Counted from the first letter of the stretch, positions 1-6,532 are shown. The stretch: DNA of 10,304 bases from an archaeon (GCA_043806035.1 JAZDHK010000003.1:1-10304), one strand, 5' to 3'. Numbers and translations: made by a program. Notes: generated by a model not told the origin, from the sequence alone.

Positions 1-256
1 TGTCGAGGAGCTTGGCCTTCCTGAAGCGGAAGAAGTAGAGCATGTTCTTGAGGTGCTTTCCCAGATCAAAGAAGATGAACAATGCAGCCACCACAACCAG
101 AGGTGTGCAGAGCATGGCTTTGGTCGTCATGCTCACGGGAAGCTTGAACACGATAAGGAGCACTAGGCAGAATGGCAGGGCTGCAAGTATCTGCTGGAAC
201 GTCAGTCCGAAGAGGATTTTCTCCTTGTACTCCAATGATTGAGGGATTTCGTACAT
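1..256 (-). CDS. PrgI/VirB3-like T4SS membrane protein, 3'-truncated by the window edge (could be the N-terminus of a longer protein such as a VirB3-VirB4 fusion)
   Basis: Not in the ORF track; translated by hand from ATG at 256, 2 nt after the upstream stop: MYEIPQSLEYKEKILFGLTFQQILAALPFCLVLLIVFKLPVSMTTKAMLCTPLVVVAALFIFFDLGKHLKNMLYFFRFRKAKLLD..., open to position 1. The 'IP....Y.EK..FGLT..Q' start followed by two TM helices and a basic/aromatic tail matches the PrgI family pattern. Confidence 0.75.
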   Translation of the reverse strand, partial: MYEIPQSLEYKEKILFGLTFQQILAALPFCLVLLIVFKLPVSMTTKAMLCTPLVVVAALFIFFDLGKHLKNMLYFFRFRKAKLLD

Positions 257-258
257 GC

Positions 259-2307
259 TTATGCTCCGCTCATGGCCAGGTACTTGATGGCTTGCGTCAG
301 GTTTTCTTGGCCGCTCTCCATGGTGCTTTTGCCTATGGCCATGACTATCATTTTGATGAGCAGATAGTCTATGATGATAAAGCAGGCAATCATGACGAGA
401 ATCTTGAAGTTCGTGAAGAATGGAATCTGCACCAACCACGAGCAAGCCAGTAAGATTATTGCTTCGATGAAAGTGATGAATATCATCATGCCCAGGACGT
501 GCAGAACGAACCGTCCGTAGCTCTTGAGCGGTGGGATGAAATAGCAGAAAATCCCGACAGGCAGGAATATGACGCCGAAACTTACGGCAAGGAACCGTAT
601 GGTCAGGAGCATGACTGTGATGATGAGGATGAGCATGTAGAATGAGCCGAGCAGGAACTCAAGGCCAATGTTCGGTAAAGAATCTACAGTCAACAGAAAG
701 AAGTTTGGATTGACCAGTTGCAGGACTGCGCTCGTCATCACACTGCCCAGCTCGATGAATAGGCCGTAGAGGTAGAAGCTCATCTGCACCAGGACGATGA
801 GCAGGACGGTGTTCTTGAGCCACTCCTTCGCCAAATATCTCTTCAGAGGACTCATGCCACTCAGCATGAACTGCAAACCCGTGTAGATAAAGAGGAAGGC
901 GTAGAACATACTCAACACATACACGATAATAGTCCAGATGCCCTGAAAGACCTGGAACGGCGCGGGTTCCTGCAACAATCCCTGCACCAACGACAGCAAA
1001 GGCTGAATTGGCGCATTAATAATGTTCGTGATGAAGTTGTGCACTATGTCAGGGAGGCAGCCGCCAATGTTCGTGATGCTACAGTCCGCATGCACGCCAG
1101 GGATGAGCAGCACAAAGAGCAACAGCATGGGCAAGTACTTTGCAAATGATCTCCTAAAAAGTACGATGAGCAGATACAGCACTAGGATGACGAGCGCCAC
1201 TTTGTAGAGCAGGCCAATTCTGATTGTCCCTTCCACGTTCTCGAACGCAATGGCTTCCTCTGAAGCGTTTGCGAAAATGCAGGGTTGCGTGATGGTAGTG
1301 AAGTCAGCAACTGCCAAAACAGTGCATGTTGCGTTTCCTGGAACCCAGAATGTCTCATTGAGCAGTACAGCATTCCTCAACGTCTCACGTGACGAGGGTG
1401 TTTTTTTGAGTGTGAGGAAGTCGTAAGGCTTGCTGCTCAGCAGGACAGAATATTCTGAACTTTGCCGTTCAATAAACGCATCAGGAAAGTCAATTCTCAA
1501 CAGAGAATAGTCGCTTGCGCTGATGTTGCCTTTTGTCGTTCCCCTGTACTGATTCAGCAATGTCAGGCTCACGATGGGCTGTTCTGTGATTAGTGTCACG
1601 TTCTTGGCATCAGTTAGGGTCAGGGTGTCTGTGATGGTTTCTGTGCTGTGATAATTGCAGGAGTGGCATTCTTCCCAGCACGTGCCGTGATGCCACCAGC
1701 AGCACCACGTATTCCATTGATAATGCTGCACGTCAGCAATGATGGTTATGGCAAGCTCTGCACTGATTGTTGCGTTGTCGTCTGCGTGGCAGCTCACGAG
1801 TCTTCCCTGCCCCTGCAAAGCATTGCTTACGTAGACATTCAGGACAGATTGGTTGCTAGAAAGCGTGATGTCCCGTCTGCAATCTCCCCCATCAGTATCT
1901 GGGTAGTCTGGCGCCAAATAACTTTGAGAAAGCACAAGAGCATAATCGTACGCAGACAAGACCTCAAAATCAGCAGGGACGAGCAAAGTCTCATTGTCCA
2001 GGACACTGGGCATAAATGCAAGCAGGCTCAGCCAAGCATCCACACTAAGTGTGCCGTTGTGCAGCGTGACAGTATCAGGAGGCTCTGTCACGTTGATGGC
2101 GAGGTTCTGCTCCCTAACAACTGAGTGATCGGGCAAAGCAGTATCTGGGTACAGCAGGCTGGCGTAGAGCAGGTCTTTCTCTTCAAGAGTCAGGTTCGTG
2201 CTGTTCTGGACAACTTCGCAGCTGAAGTTATCACTGACTCTTTGGCAGTCGAATGAAAAAATTGATGGCAGCACCAGCACTGCCACCAAAAAAATAACGG
2301 GTTTCAT
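259..2307 (-). CDS. Large membrane protein: signal peptide, ~350-aa Cys-containing extracellular domain, and a C-terminal polytopic TrbL/VirB6-like domain
   Basis: 682-aa ORF with ATGA overlap to the pilin stop. It has an N-terminal hydrophobic signal, 13 N-x-S/T sequons in the N-terminal half, and about 8 hydrophobic segments after residue ~365. It sits between VirB2-like and PrgI-like genes. The VirB6 call rests on topology and context. Confidence 0.7.
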   Translation of the reverse strand: MKPVIFLVAVLVLPSIFSFDCQRVSDNFSCEVVQNSTNLTLEEKDLLYASLLYPDTALPDHSVVREQNLAINVTEPPDTVTLHNGTLSVDAWLSLLAFMPSVLDNETLLVPADFEVLSAYDYALVLSQSYLAPDYPDTDGGDCRRDITLSSNQSVLNVYVSNALQGQGRLVSCHADDNATISAELAITIIADVQHYQWNTWCCWWHHGTCWEECHSCNYHSTETITDTLTLTDAKNVTLITEQPIVSLTLLNQYRGTTKGNISASDYSLLRIDFPDAFIERQSSEYSVLLSSKPYDFLTLKKTPSSRETLRNAVLLNETFWVPGNATCTVLAVADFTTITQPCIFANASEEAIAFENVEGTIRIGLLYKVALVILVLYLLIVLFRRSFAKYLPMLLLFVLLIPGVHADCSITNIGGCLPDIVHNFITNIINAPIQPLLSLVQGLLQEPAPFQVFQGIWTIIVYVLSMFYAFLFIYTGLQFMLSGMSPLKRYLAKEWLKNTVLLIVLVQMSFYLYGLFIELGSVMTSAVLQLVNPNFFLLTVDSLPNIGLEFLLGSFYMLILIITVMLLTIRFLAVSFGVIFLPVGIFCYFIPPLKSYGRFVLHVLGMMIFITFIEAIILLACSWLVQIPFFTNFKILVMIACFIIIDYLLIKMIVMAIGKSTMESGQENLTQAIKYLAMSGA

Positions 2308-2639
2308 CCGACGACGAACTGCACCACTAAAGGTGCTGCCCAGATGACCACAAGACCTATAATGATGTACATCCCCATCATTTTTGCCTGGTCTCGCTTC
2401 GCTTCGTTGCCGCCGCTGGTGATGAAGCTTATCCCTGCGAAGACAAGCAGGACCACGGCGATGACGGTTGCAGTGTATTTGACGAAGTTGTAGATCTTCA
2501 ACACGGGGTTGAGGATTTCGTCAAATCGTGCCTGGTCATCAGGGCTTATGGTTTCGTTGAAGTCCAGTGCCGCAGCAAAGGTGGTCGCCAGGGGCAAAAG
2601 CACCAGCAGACCAAGCAGCACCCAAAGTAATGCTTTCAT
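2304..2639 (-). CDS. VirB2/TrbC-family (T4SS) pilin
   Basis: 111 aa: signal peptide (…TTFAAA), then two hydrophobic helices joined by GISFITSGGNEAKRDQAK…IIIGLVVIWAAPLVVQFV, the typical T4SS pilin pattern. A GAGGGA RBS lies upstream, and both neighbours overlap it by ATGA. Confidence 0.85.
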   Translation of the reverse strand: MKALLWVLLGLLVLLPLATTFAAALDFNETISPDDQARFDEILNPVLKIYNFVKYTATVIAVVLLVFAGISFITSGGNEAKRDQAKMMGMYIIIGLVVIWAAPLVVQFVVG

Positions 2640-2797
2640 GGTTTTCCCTCCCGTTCTGTCTCGTATTGCTGTCTAAACAATTCCAGGATGGCGATGCGCT
2701 CCTCCATGTCAGGGCACAACATCTCAAAGAATGCCTTGCAGGTGAAGCACACGTCCTCCTCATCCTCTAGTTCCTTAAGACAGATGACGCATCTCAT
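2636..2797 (-). CDS. Small putative zinc-binding protein (CxxC-x10-CxxC), 53 aa
   Basis: MRCVICLKELEDEEDVCFTCKAFFEMLCPDMEERIAILELFRQQYETEREGKP. ATG at 2797 is preceded by GGGGT, and the stop overlaps the pilin ATG (ATGA). I prefer this start to the track's GTG at 2902, which would cover the whole divergent intergenic region. Confidence 0.65.
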   Translation of the reverse strand: MRCVICLKELEDEEDVCFTCKAFFEMLCPDMEERIAILELFRQQYETEREGKP

Positions 2798-2844
2798 ACC
2801 CCAGCAAAGATGCCTCAAGAATAAGAAGGGCCGAGTGAAAAAGT

Positions 2845-2864
2845 TTGTCAAGGAATTGTCAAGG
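2845..2864. promoter_or_regulatory. Tandem direct repeat TTGTCAAGG x2 (11-bp period), candidate operator
   Basis: TTGTCAAGG occurs at 2845-2853 and 2856-2864. Each copy contains the palindrome TTG-T-CAA. The repeat lies between the divergent T4SS-like operon and the RHH gene. Confidence 0.5.
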
Positions 2865-2910
2865 TAATTCCACCGTATCTTCTTAAATCCGGAAAAATCC
2901 ACACTGGCTC

Positions 2911-3099
2911 ATGAGTATGAACTATCAGCTCAGGGTCAAACTCGATAAAGAACAAATGGAGAAAATACGCCAGGATGCGAAGCTACGAGGCTTTCGGGAC
3001 GTAGCAAACTATGTCCGCTGGTTCCTCCTAAATAAGTCGACAGACACAGAAGAAAAGATCAACATGATGTTTCAAAGAATCATAGGAATCCCAAAATGA
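2911..3099 (+). CDS. Ribbon-helix-helix DNA-binding protein (MobC/CopG-like)
   Basis: 62 aa: an alternating beta-strand YQLRVKL, helix DKEQMEKIRQDAKLRG, a turn, then helix VANYVRWFLL, the classic RHH pattern. TTAAAT at 2883-2888, about 25 nt upstream, suggests a leaderless transcript. Confidence 0.75.
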   Translation: MSMNYQLRVKLDKEQMEKIRQDAKLRGFRDVANYVRWFLLNKSTDTEEKINMMFQRIIGIPK

Positions 3100-3281
3100 A
3101 TGAATGGATACAGCGCCTCAAGGAAGAATATGACTTATTTCTCAAAGAAAGGCCGCTCCCACCCATTTTAAGAAAAAAAAGACCGTTTAGGCATTCGGTT
3201 AGAAGAAAGATAAGTTTAAATAGACCCAGTCACCAATACCACACAGCGTCAAAACACCGCCTAATACGGAATTGGAGTTAA
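3096..3281 (+). CDS. Hypothetical small protein (doubtful, possibly a remnant)
   Basis: ATGA-coupled to the RHH gene, with a helix-like N-terminus (MNEWIQRLKEEYDLFLKE). The C-terminal half crosses an A8 run and a TATA-like sequence, looks non-coding, and ends 1 nt from the tRNA 3' end. Confidence 0.3.
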   Translation: MNEWIQRLKEEYDLFLKERPLPPILRKKRPFRHSVRRKISLNRPSHQYHTASKHRLIRNWS

Positions 3282-3282
3282 A

Positions 3283-3367
3283 CGTCGAGGCTGGGATTTG
3301 AACCCAGAAGACCCTTGCGGGTCACGGATTAGCAATCCGTCGCAGTACCAGATTGTGCCACCTCGAC
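3283..3367 (-). tRNA. tRNA-Ser(GCT)
   Basis: The reverse complement folds as a cloverleaf. Acceptor GTCGAGG/CCTCGAC plus discriminator G; D arm GCA-CAATCTGGTAC-TGC; anticodon arm ACGGA-TTGCTAA-TCCGT; long variable arm GACCC-GCAA-GGGTC; T arm CTGGG-TTCAAAT-CCCAG. No encoded CCA and no intron. Confidence 0.97.
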
Positions 3368-3392
3368 AGCGGTTCTGAAGAAAGAGCAACGG

Positions 3393-3400
3393 CTTTTAAA
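3393..3400 (-). promoter_or_regulatory. TATA box of the tRNA-Ser gene
   Basis: TTTAAAAG on the minus strand about 26-33 nt upstream of the mature tRNA 5' end, in the gap after the antiporter stop. Confidence 0.6.
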
Positions 3401-3408
3401 GGTTGTGG

Positions 3409-4935
3409 TCAGAATTGGTCAAGCTGTTTGTCGATTTCTTCGAGGAGCGGCGTTCCTGCTTCTTCGGAAATGTAGCCGTGTTCCAGCTGCAGGTTGATGG
3501 CGCTTTTTTCTGCGAGCAGGCTTTTTTGTCGTGCAATCTTTTCTTGACTGTTCCGAGTCAGGGCGTGTTTTCTCATGTACGTGACGAATTGTTTTTTCAG
3601 GTTGCGCAAACGGTGGTCGTATTCTTTTTTCAGCTTTATGTAAATGTCCGTGCCGATCTCTCCGTCCTCGTGTGCTGAGTTGAGTGTGCGTAGTGCGCTT
3701 TTGATGGCTGCCTTGCGTGCCAGGATGGCTTGTGCTTCTTGCGATGTTTTGTCTTCAGTAGTAATGTTGAGCCTTTTGAGCAGGGCAGGCATGGTGAGGC
3801 CTTGCACGACCAAGGAGAAGAGGACGACGCCAAAGGTCATGTAGGTTATTTCTTCCTTGAAGGGAATGTCCAGCAGTTGTATGCCTAGAACGAGTGCTAT
3901 GGGGATGCTGCCTCTAAGGCCTCCCCAGTGCAAAACGTGCCGCCAATTCCAGGGGATTTTTTCTTTGAGCATGCCGAGCATGCTGGCAAGGGGATAGACG
4001 CTGAGTGCTCGAGCAACAAGGACCACAAGTATGCCTGCGAGGATGAGGGTGATGTGGGTGAAGAATCCTTGGATGGGGATAGTGGCGCCGAGCATGATGA
4101 AGATGAGCGAGTTTACCACGAATACCATGAGTTCCCAGAAGTTGACGATAGCCACGCGTGTTCGTGGGCTCATGGCGAATTTTGTGCCGTAATTGCCGAT
4201 GAACAGTCCTGCCGTGACGACGGCGATGACGCCGGAGACGTGGAAGAGTTCTGAGAGCAAGAATGCGCCGTAGGCCAGGATGATGGTGGCAACGACTTCT
4301 ATGAGGTGGTCGTCGATGTTTTTCATGAACATGAAGATGAGTCCTCCAGTGATGGCACCGATGAGCATGCCGCCGATGACGACCTTGATGAATTCGAGGA
4401 TGCCTGCAGCGATGGTGACGTGGTGCAAGAGCACCAATCCCAGAATGATTTCGAAGATGACGACGCCTGTGCCGTCGTTGAACAAGGATTCCCCTTCAAC
4501 GATGGTGGCGAGTTTTTTGGGGACGCCGAGCTTCTTGAAAATGGCTAGGACAGAGATGGGGTCTGTGGGTGAGATGATAGCTCCAAAGAGCAGGCAGTAC
4601 AGCAAGGGTATGCCGAGCAAAAGCCACAATCCTACGCCGATGACGGCTACGGAGATGAGGATGCCGAGCACGGAAAGCAGCACTATGGCTGACTTGTTCT
4701 CTTTGAGGTCGGCAAGGTGCAAGTGCACCGCCCCCTCGAACAGCAATGGCGGCAAAAACAAAAAAAAGATGATCTCTCTGCTCAAAGGAGTTATGCCTAA
4801 GTCGAAGAAGGAGACGGCAAGCCCTGCAAGGACGAGGACTATTGTGTATTGCAATTTCATCTTCTTCGCGATGAGCGCGACGAGCATGGCAAGCACGAGA
4901 ACAAGAACAATCTCCGTCTCGAAAGCAGTAAACAT
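3409..4935 (-). CDS. nhaP: CPA1-family Na+/H+ antiporter (NhaP type)
   Basis: 508 aa with about 12-13 TM helices and the CPA1 motifs FLPPLLFE, SPTDPISV, EGESLFNDGTG, SGVIAVV and WGGLRGSIPIAL, plus a charged helical C-terminal tail. Confidence 0.92.
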   Translation of the reverse strand: MFTAFETEIVLVLVLAMLVALIAKKMKLQYTIVLVLAGLAVSFFDLGITPLSREIIFFLFLPPLLFEGAVHLHLADLKENKSAIVLLSVLGILISVAVIGVGLWLLLGIPLLYCLLFGAIISPTDPISVLAIFKKLGVPKKLATIVEGESLFNDGTGVVIFEIILGLVLLHHVTIAAGILEFIKVVIGGMLIGAITGGLIFMFMKNIDDHLIEVVATIILAYGAFLLSELFHVSGVIAVVTAGLFIGNYGTKFAMSPRTRVAIVNFWELMVFVVNSLIFIMLGATIPIQGFFTHITLILAGILVVLVARALSVYPLASMLGMLKEKIPWNWRHVLHWGGLRGSIPIALVLGIQLLDIPFKEEITYMTFGVVLFSLVVQGLTMPALLKRLNITTEDKTSQEAQAILARKAAIKSALRTLNSAHEDGEIGTDIYIKLKKEYDHRLRNLKKQFVTYMRKHALTRNSQEKIARQKSLLAEKSAINLQLEHGYISEEAGTPLLEEIDKQLDQF

Positions 4936-4957
4936 GAACCCATCTTAGAAAGGATGG

Positions 4958-4966
4958 TTTAAAAAA
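4958..4966 (-). promoter_or_regulatory. TATA box of the antiporter gene
   Basis: TTTTTTAAA on the minus strand about 23-31 nt upstream of ATG 4935, consistent with an archaeal leaderless promoter. The T run may also terminate the upstream operon. Confidence 0.5.
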
Positions 4967-4983
4967 GTTGCGGCACCGCACTA

Positions 4984-6528
4984 TCACCTTGCATGAAACT
5001 CTTCGAACGTAATGTTTGCATAGCCGTTAGACACATCGTTTGCCAGATAGTCCAGCTTAGCTATCAACTTATTCACTACCTGCGGTCCCCATCTGAACTT
5101 TGCGCTTTGGCAGTCTGGCAAATAATGGTTGTAGATTGACGTATTTCGTTCGGCCTTAAATATCAGTTCAGCTGACGTTCCAATAAGTGCTTGTGGTTTG
5201 TCCGTGATAAGCAGCCCGTTCTTGTCTCGAGGAATTGACGGGAGAGGATCAAAGAAAACATCGTCAGAGGAGTACACTCGCCATCCGACGGGCATATCAT
5301 AATTGATTGGTTCTGCAAGGAGTTGTTGCGCTCTTTGCAAGTTTTCTGTTATCCATGCCGTTCCTTTTATTTTTTTTGCCGTTTGGAAGAACACATACAA
5401 TAGTCTGTCAAGTGTTGCATCATTGTGGAGCAGTTTTTCTGCTAGAACTTTTTTTCGTTGAAAGGACGTGCCTAATTTTGGTAGATTTCCTTCGACAAGG
5501 CAAGCAATATCATCTATGCCTTTATAGCCGCCGAGATACCACGCATATTTTCCCTTAAGAGGCAAGTCTGCCGCTCTTCCGTTCTCGAAAAACCAATCAG
5601 TAAATTTTTCCTGAGGCGTGTGCATGGCGAGCCAGCCGAGAATGTCCTTTGTGAGAAAAGTCCAATTTTGACGTTCACTACCTTGCAGTCTATCATAATA
5701 AGCAGTGGCATCGCTTAATGCAGTGTGTGTTGCTGAGAATCCGAACGCGTCTTCGGAATCTTTGGCAATGCCCGAATACGTGCTTGCGTCTGCAGGTGAA
5801 ATGCCTGCTTTGCAGAAGAGAAGCGCATCATCGACAGTGAAAAGAGCAGGGTCGTAGTGGAGAATGCTCTTGAGCTTTCCACTTTTGCTTATTTTGCTGA
5901 TGCATGCAGGAATAGACGATTCAGAACAACGAAGGTTCCCCGCGTTGATGTGTTCAAAAATGTTTTTTGCAGCATCCCCTGAAATGCCATCCCGGACGAG
6001 CGCAATGATTTCTTGCGCATCCAGACCGTCTGTACGAGTCCACTGCCTTCCTTCCCACACAGCTCTTGCTGTGCTGAATCCCCTGTACGGAAAGGATTGT
6101 AGCAGTTCAGGAGTAATCTGTGCGTCTAAAAATTGCATAATGTCCTGAGGAAGAATGCCTTTGCCAGTCCATAGTTCTGCATTCTCGAAGGACATGCGTG
6201 AACTGAGTGCAAGAATGTCTGCGGATGTATATCCTTCCGCCGCATAATAGCGGTTTGCTGTGCTTGGCCAAACAGCATTTCTGAGAAGATCCGCACGTTC
6301 CTTGGCAGAGCCTTTGGTATAGTGTGATGCTGAATCAATGAGTGCTTCGGAGAAACCAGCTGCGAGCCATTCGCTTCTTGGCACGTTTGCAATCTCTTCG
6401 GCGAGGTGATTCTTTCTTTCCTGTACAACTTGTTCGTGATGCTGATAATCACAGTATAGTTTCGTCCCTAGAACAGTTGCGATGCCTAGCAGTGTCGTCG
6501 TTAGCATGATTTTTCCTGATTGTTTCAT
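4984..6528 (-). CDS. Hypothetical protein with N-terminal membrane anchor and short degenerate helical repeats
   Basis: 514-aa ORF. An AGGTGA RBS overlaps the upstream stop. The N-terminus MKQSGKIMLTTTLLGIATVLGT is a signal anchor, and G-[IFY]-[ST]-x-x-x-[AI] units recur. Confidence 0.8.
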   Translation of the reverse strand: MKQSGKIMLTTTLLGIATVLGTKLYCDYQHHEQVVQERKNHLAEEIANVPRSEWLAAGFSEALIDSASHYTKGSAKERADLLRNAVWPSTANRYYAAEGYTSADILALSSRMSFENAELWTGKGILPQDIMQFLDAQITPELLQSFPYRGFSTARAVWEGRQWTRTDGLDAQEIIALVRDGISGDAAKNIFEHINAGNLRCSESSIPACISKISKSGKLKSILHYDPALFTVDDALLFCKAGISPADASTYSGIAKDSEDAFGFSATHTALSDATAYYDRLQGSERQNWTFLTKDILGWLAMHTPQEKFTDWFFENGRAADLPLKGKYAWYLGGYKGIDDIACLVEGNLPKLGTSFQRKKVLAEKLLHNDATLDRLLYVFFQTAKKIKGTAWITENLQRAQQLLAEPINYDMPVGWRVYSSDDVFFDPLPSIPRDKNGLLITDKPQALIGTSAELIFKAERNTSIYNHYLPDCQSAKFRWGPQVVNKLIAKLDYLANDVSNGYANITFEEFHAR

Positions 6529-6532
6529 GATT

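Larger units (their letters stand above)
1..3282. mobile_element. Possible tRNA-Ser-integrated conjugative element or island (right arm only)
   Basis: T4SS-like operon and MobC-like RHH gene directly downstream of a tRNA 3' end. No integrase, relaxase or second att copy is visible in the window, so mobility is inferred. Confidence 0.4.

Noticed and set aside
2-8. GTCGAGG matches the tRNA acceptor-end sequence at 3284-3290 (possible att duplicate)
   Set aside because: Only 7 bp, the identity does not continue into the T arm, and it lies inside the PrgI-like coding frame; expected by chance.
1648-1716. Aromatic-rich loop as a diversity-generating retroelement variable region
   Set aside because: No template repeat or reverse transcriptase in the window, and the loop is internal rather than at a C-terminal lectin-like domain.
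2798-2902. N-terminal extension of the 88-aa ORF from GTG 2902
   Set aside because: It would cover the entire divergent promoter region. ATG 2797 has an RBS-like sequence and gives a compact Cys-motif protein.
3403-4987. Several long alternative-frame or antisense ORFs over the antiporter (e.g. 4280-4948 +, 4496-4987 -, 3928-4254 +)
   Set aside because: Shadow ORFs arising from the codon bias of a hydrophobic gene; the CPA1 frame explains the region.
5365-5377. Homopolymer T8 run (similar A runs at 3173-3180 and near 4760) as phase-variation or frameshift sites
   Set aside because: The reading frames are intact across them and runs of this length are common in Lys- or Phe-rich coding sequence.
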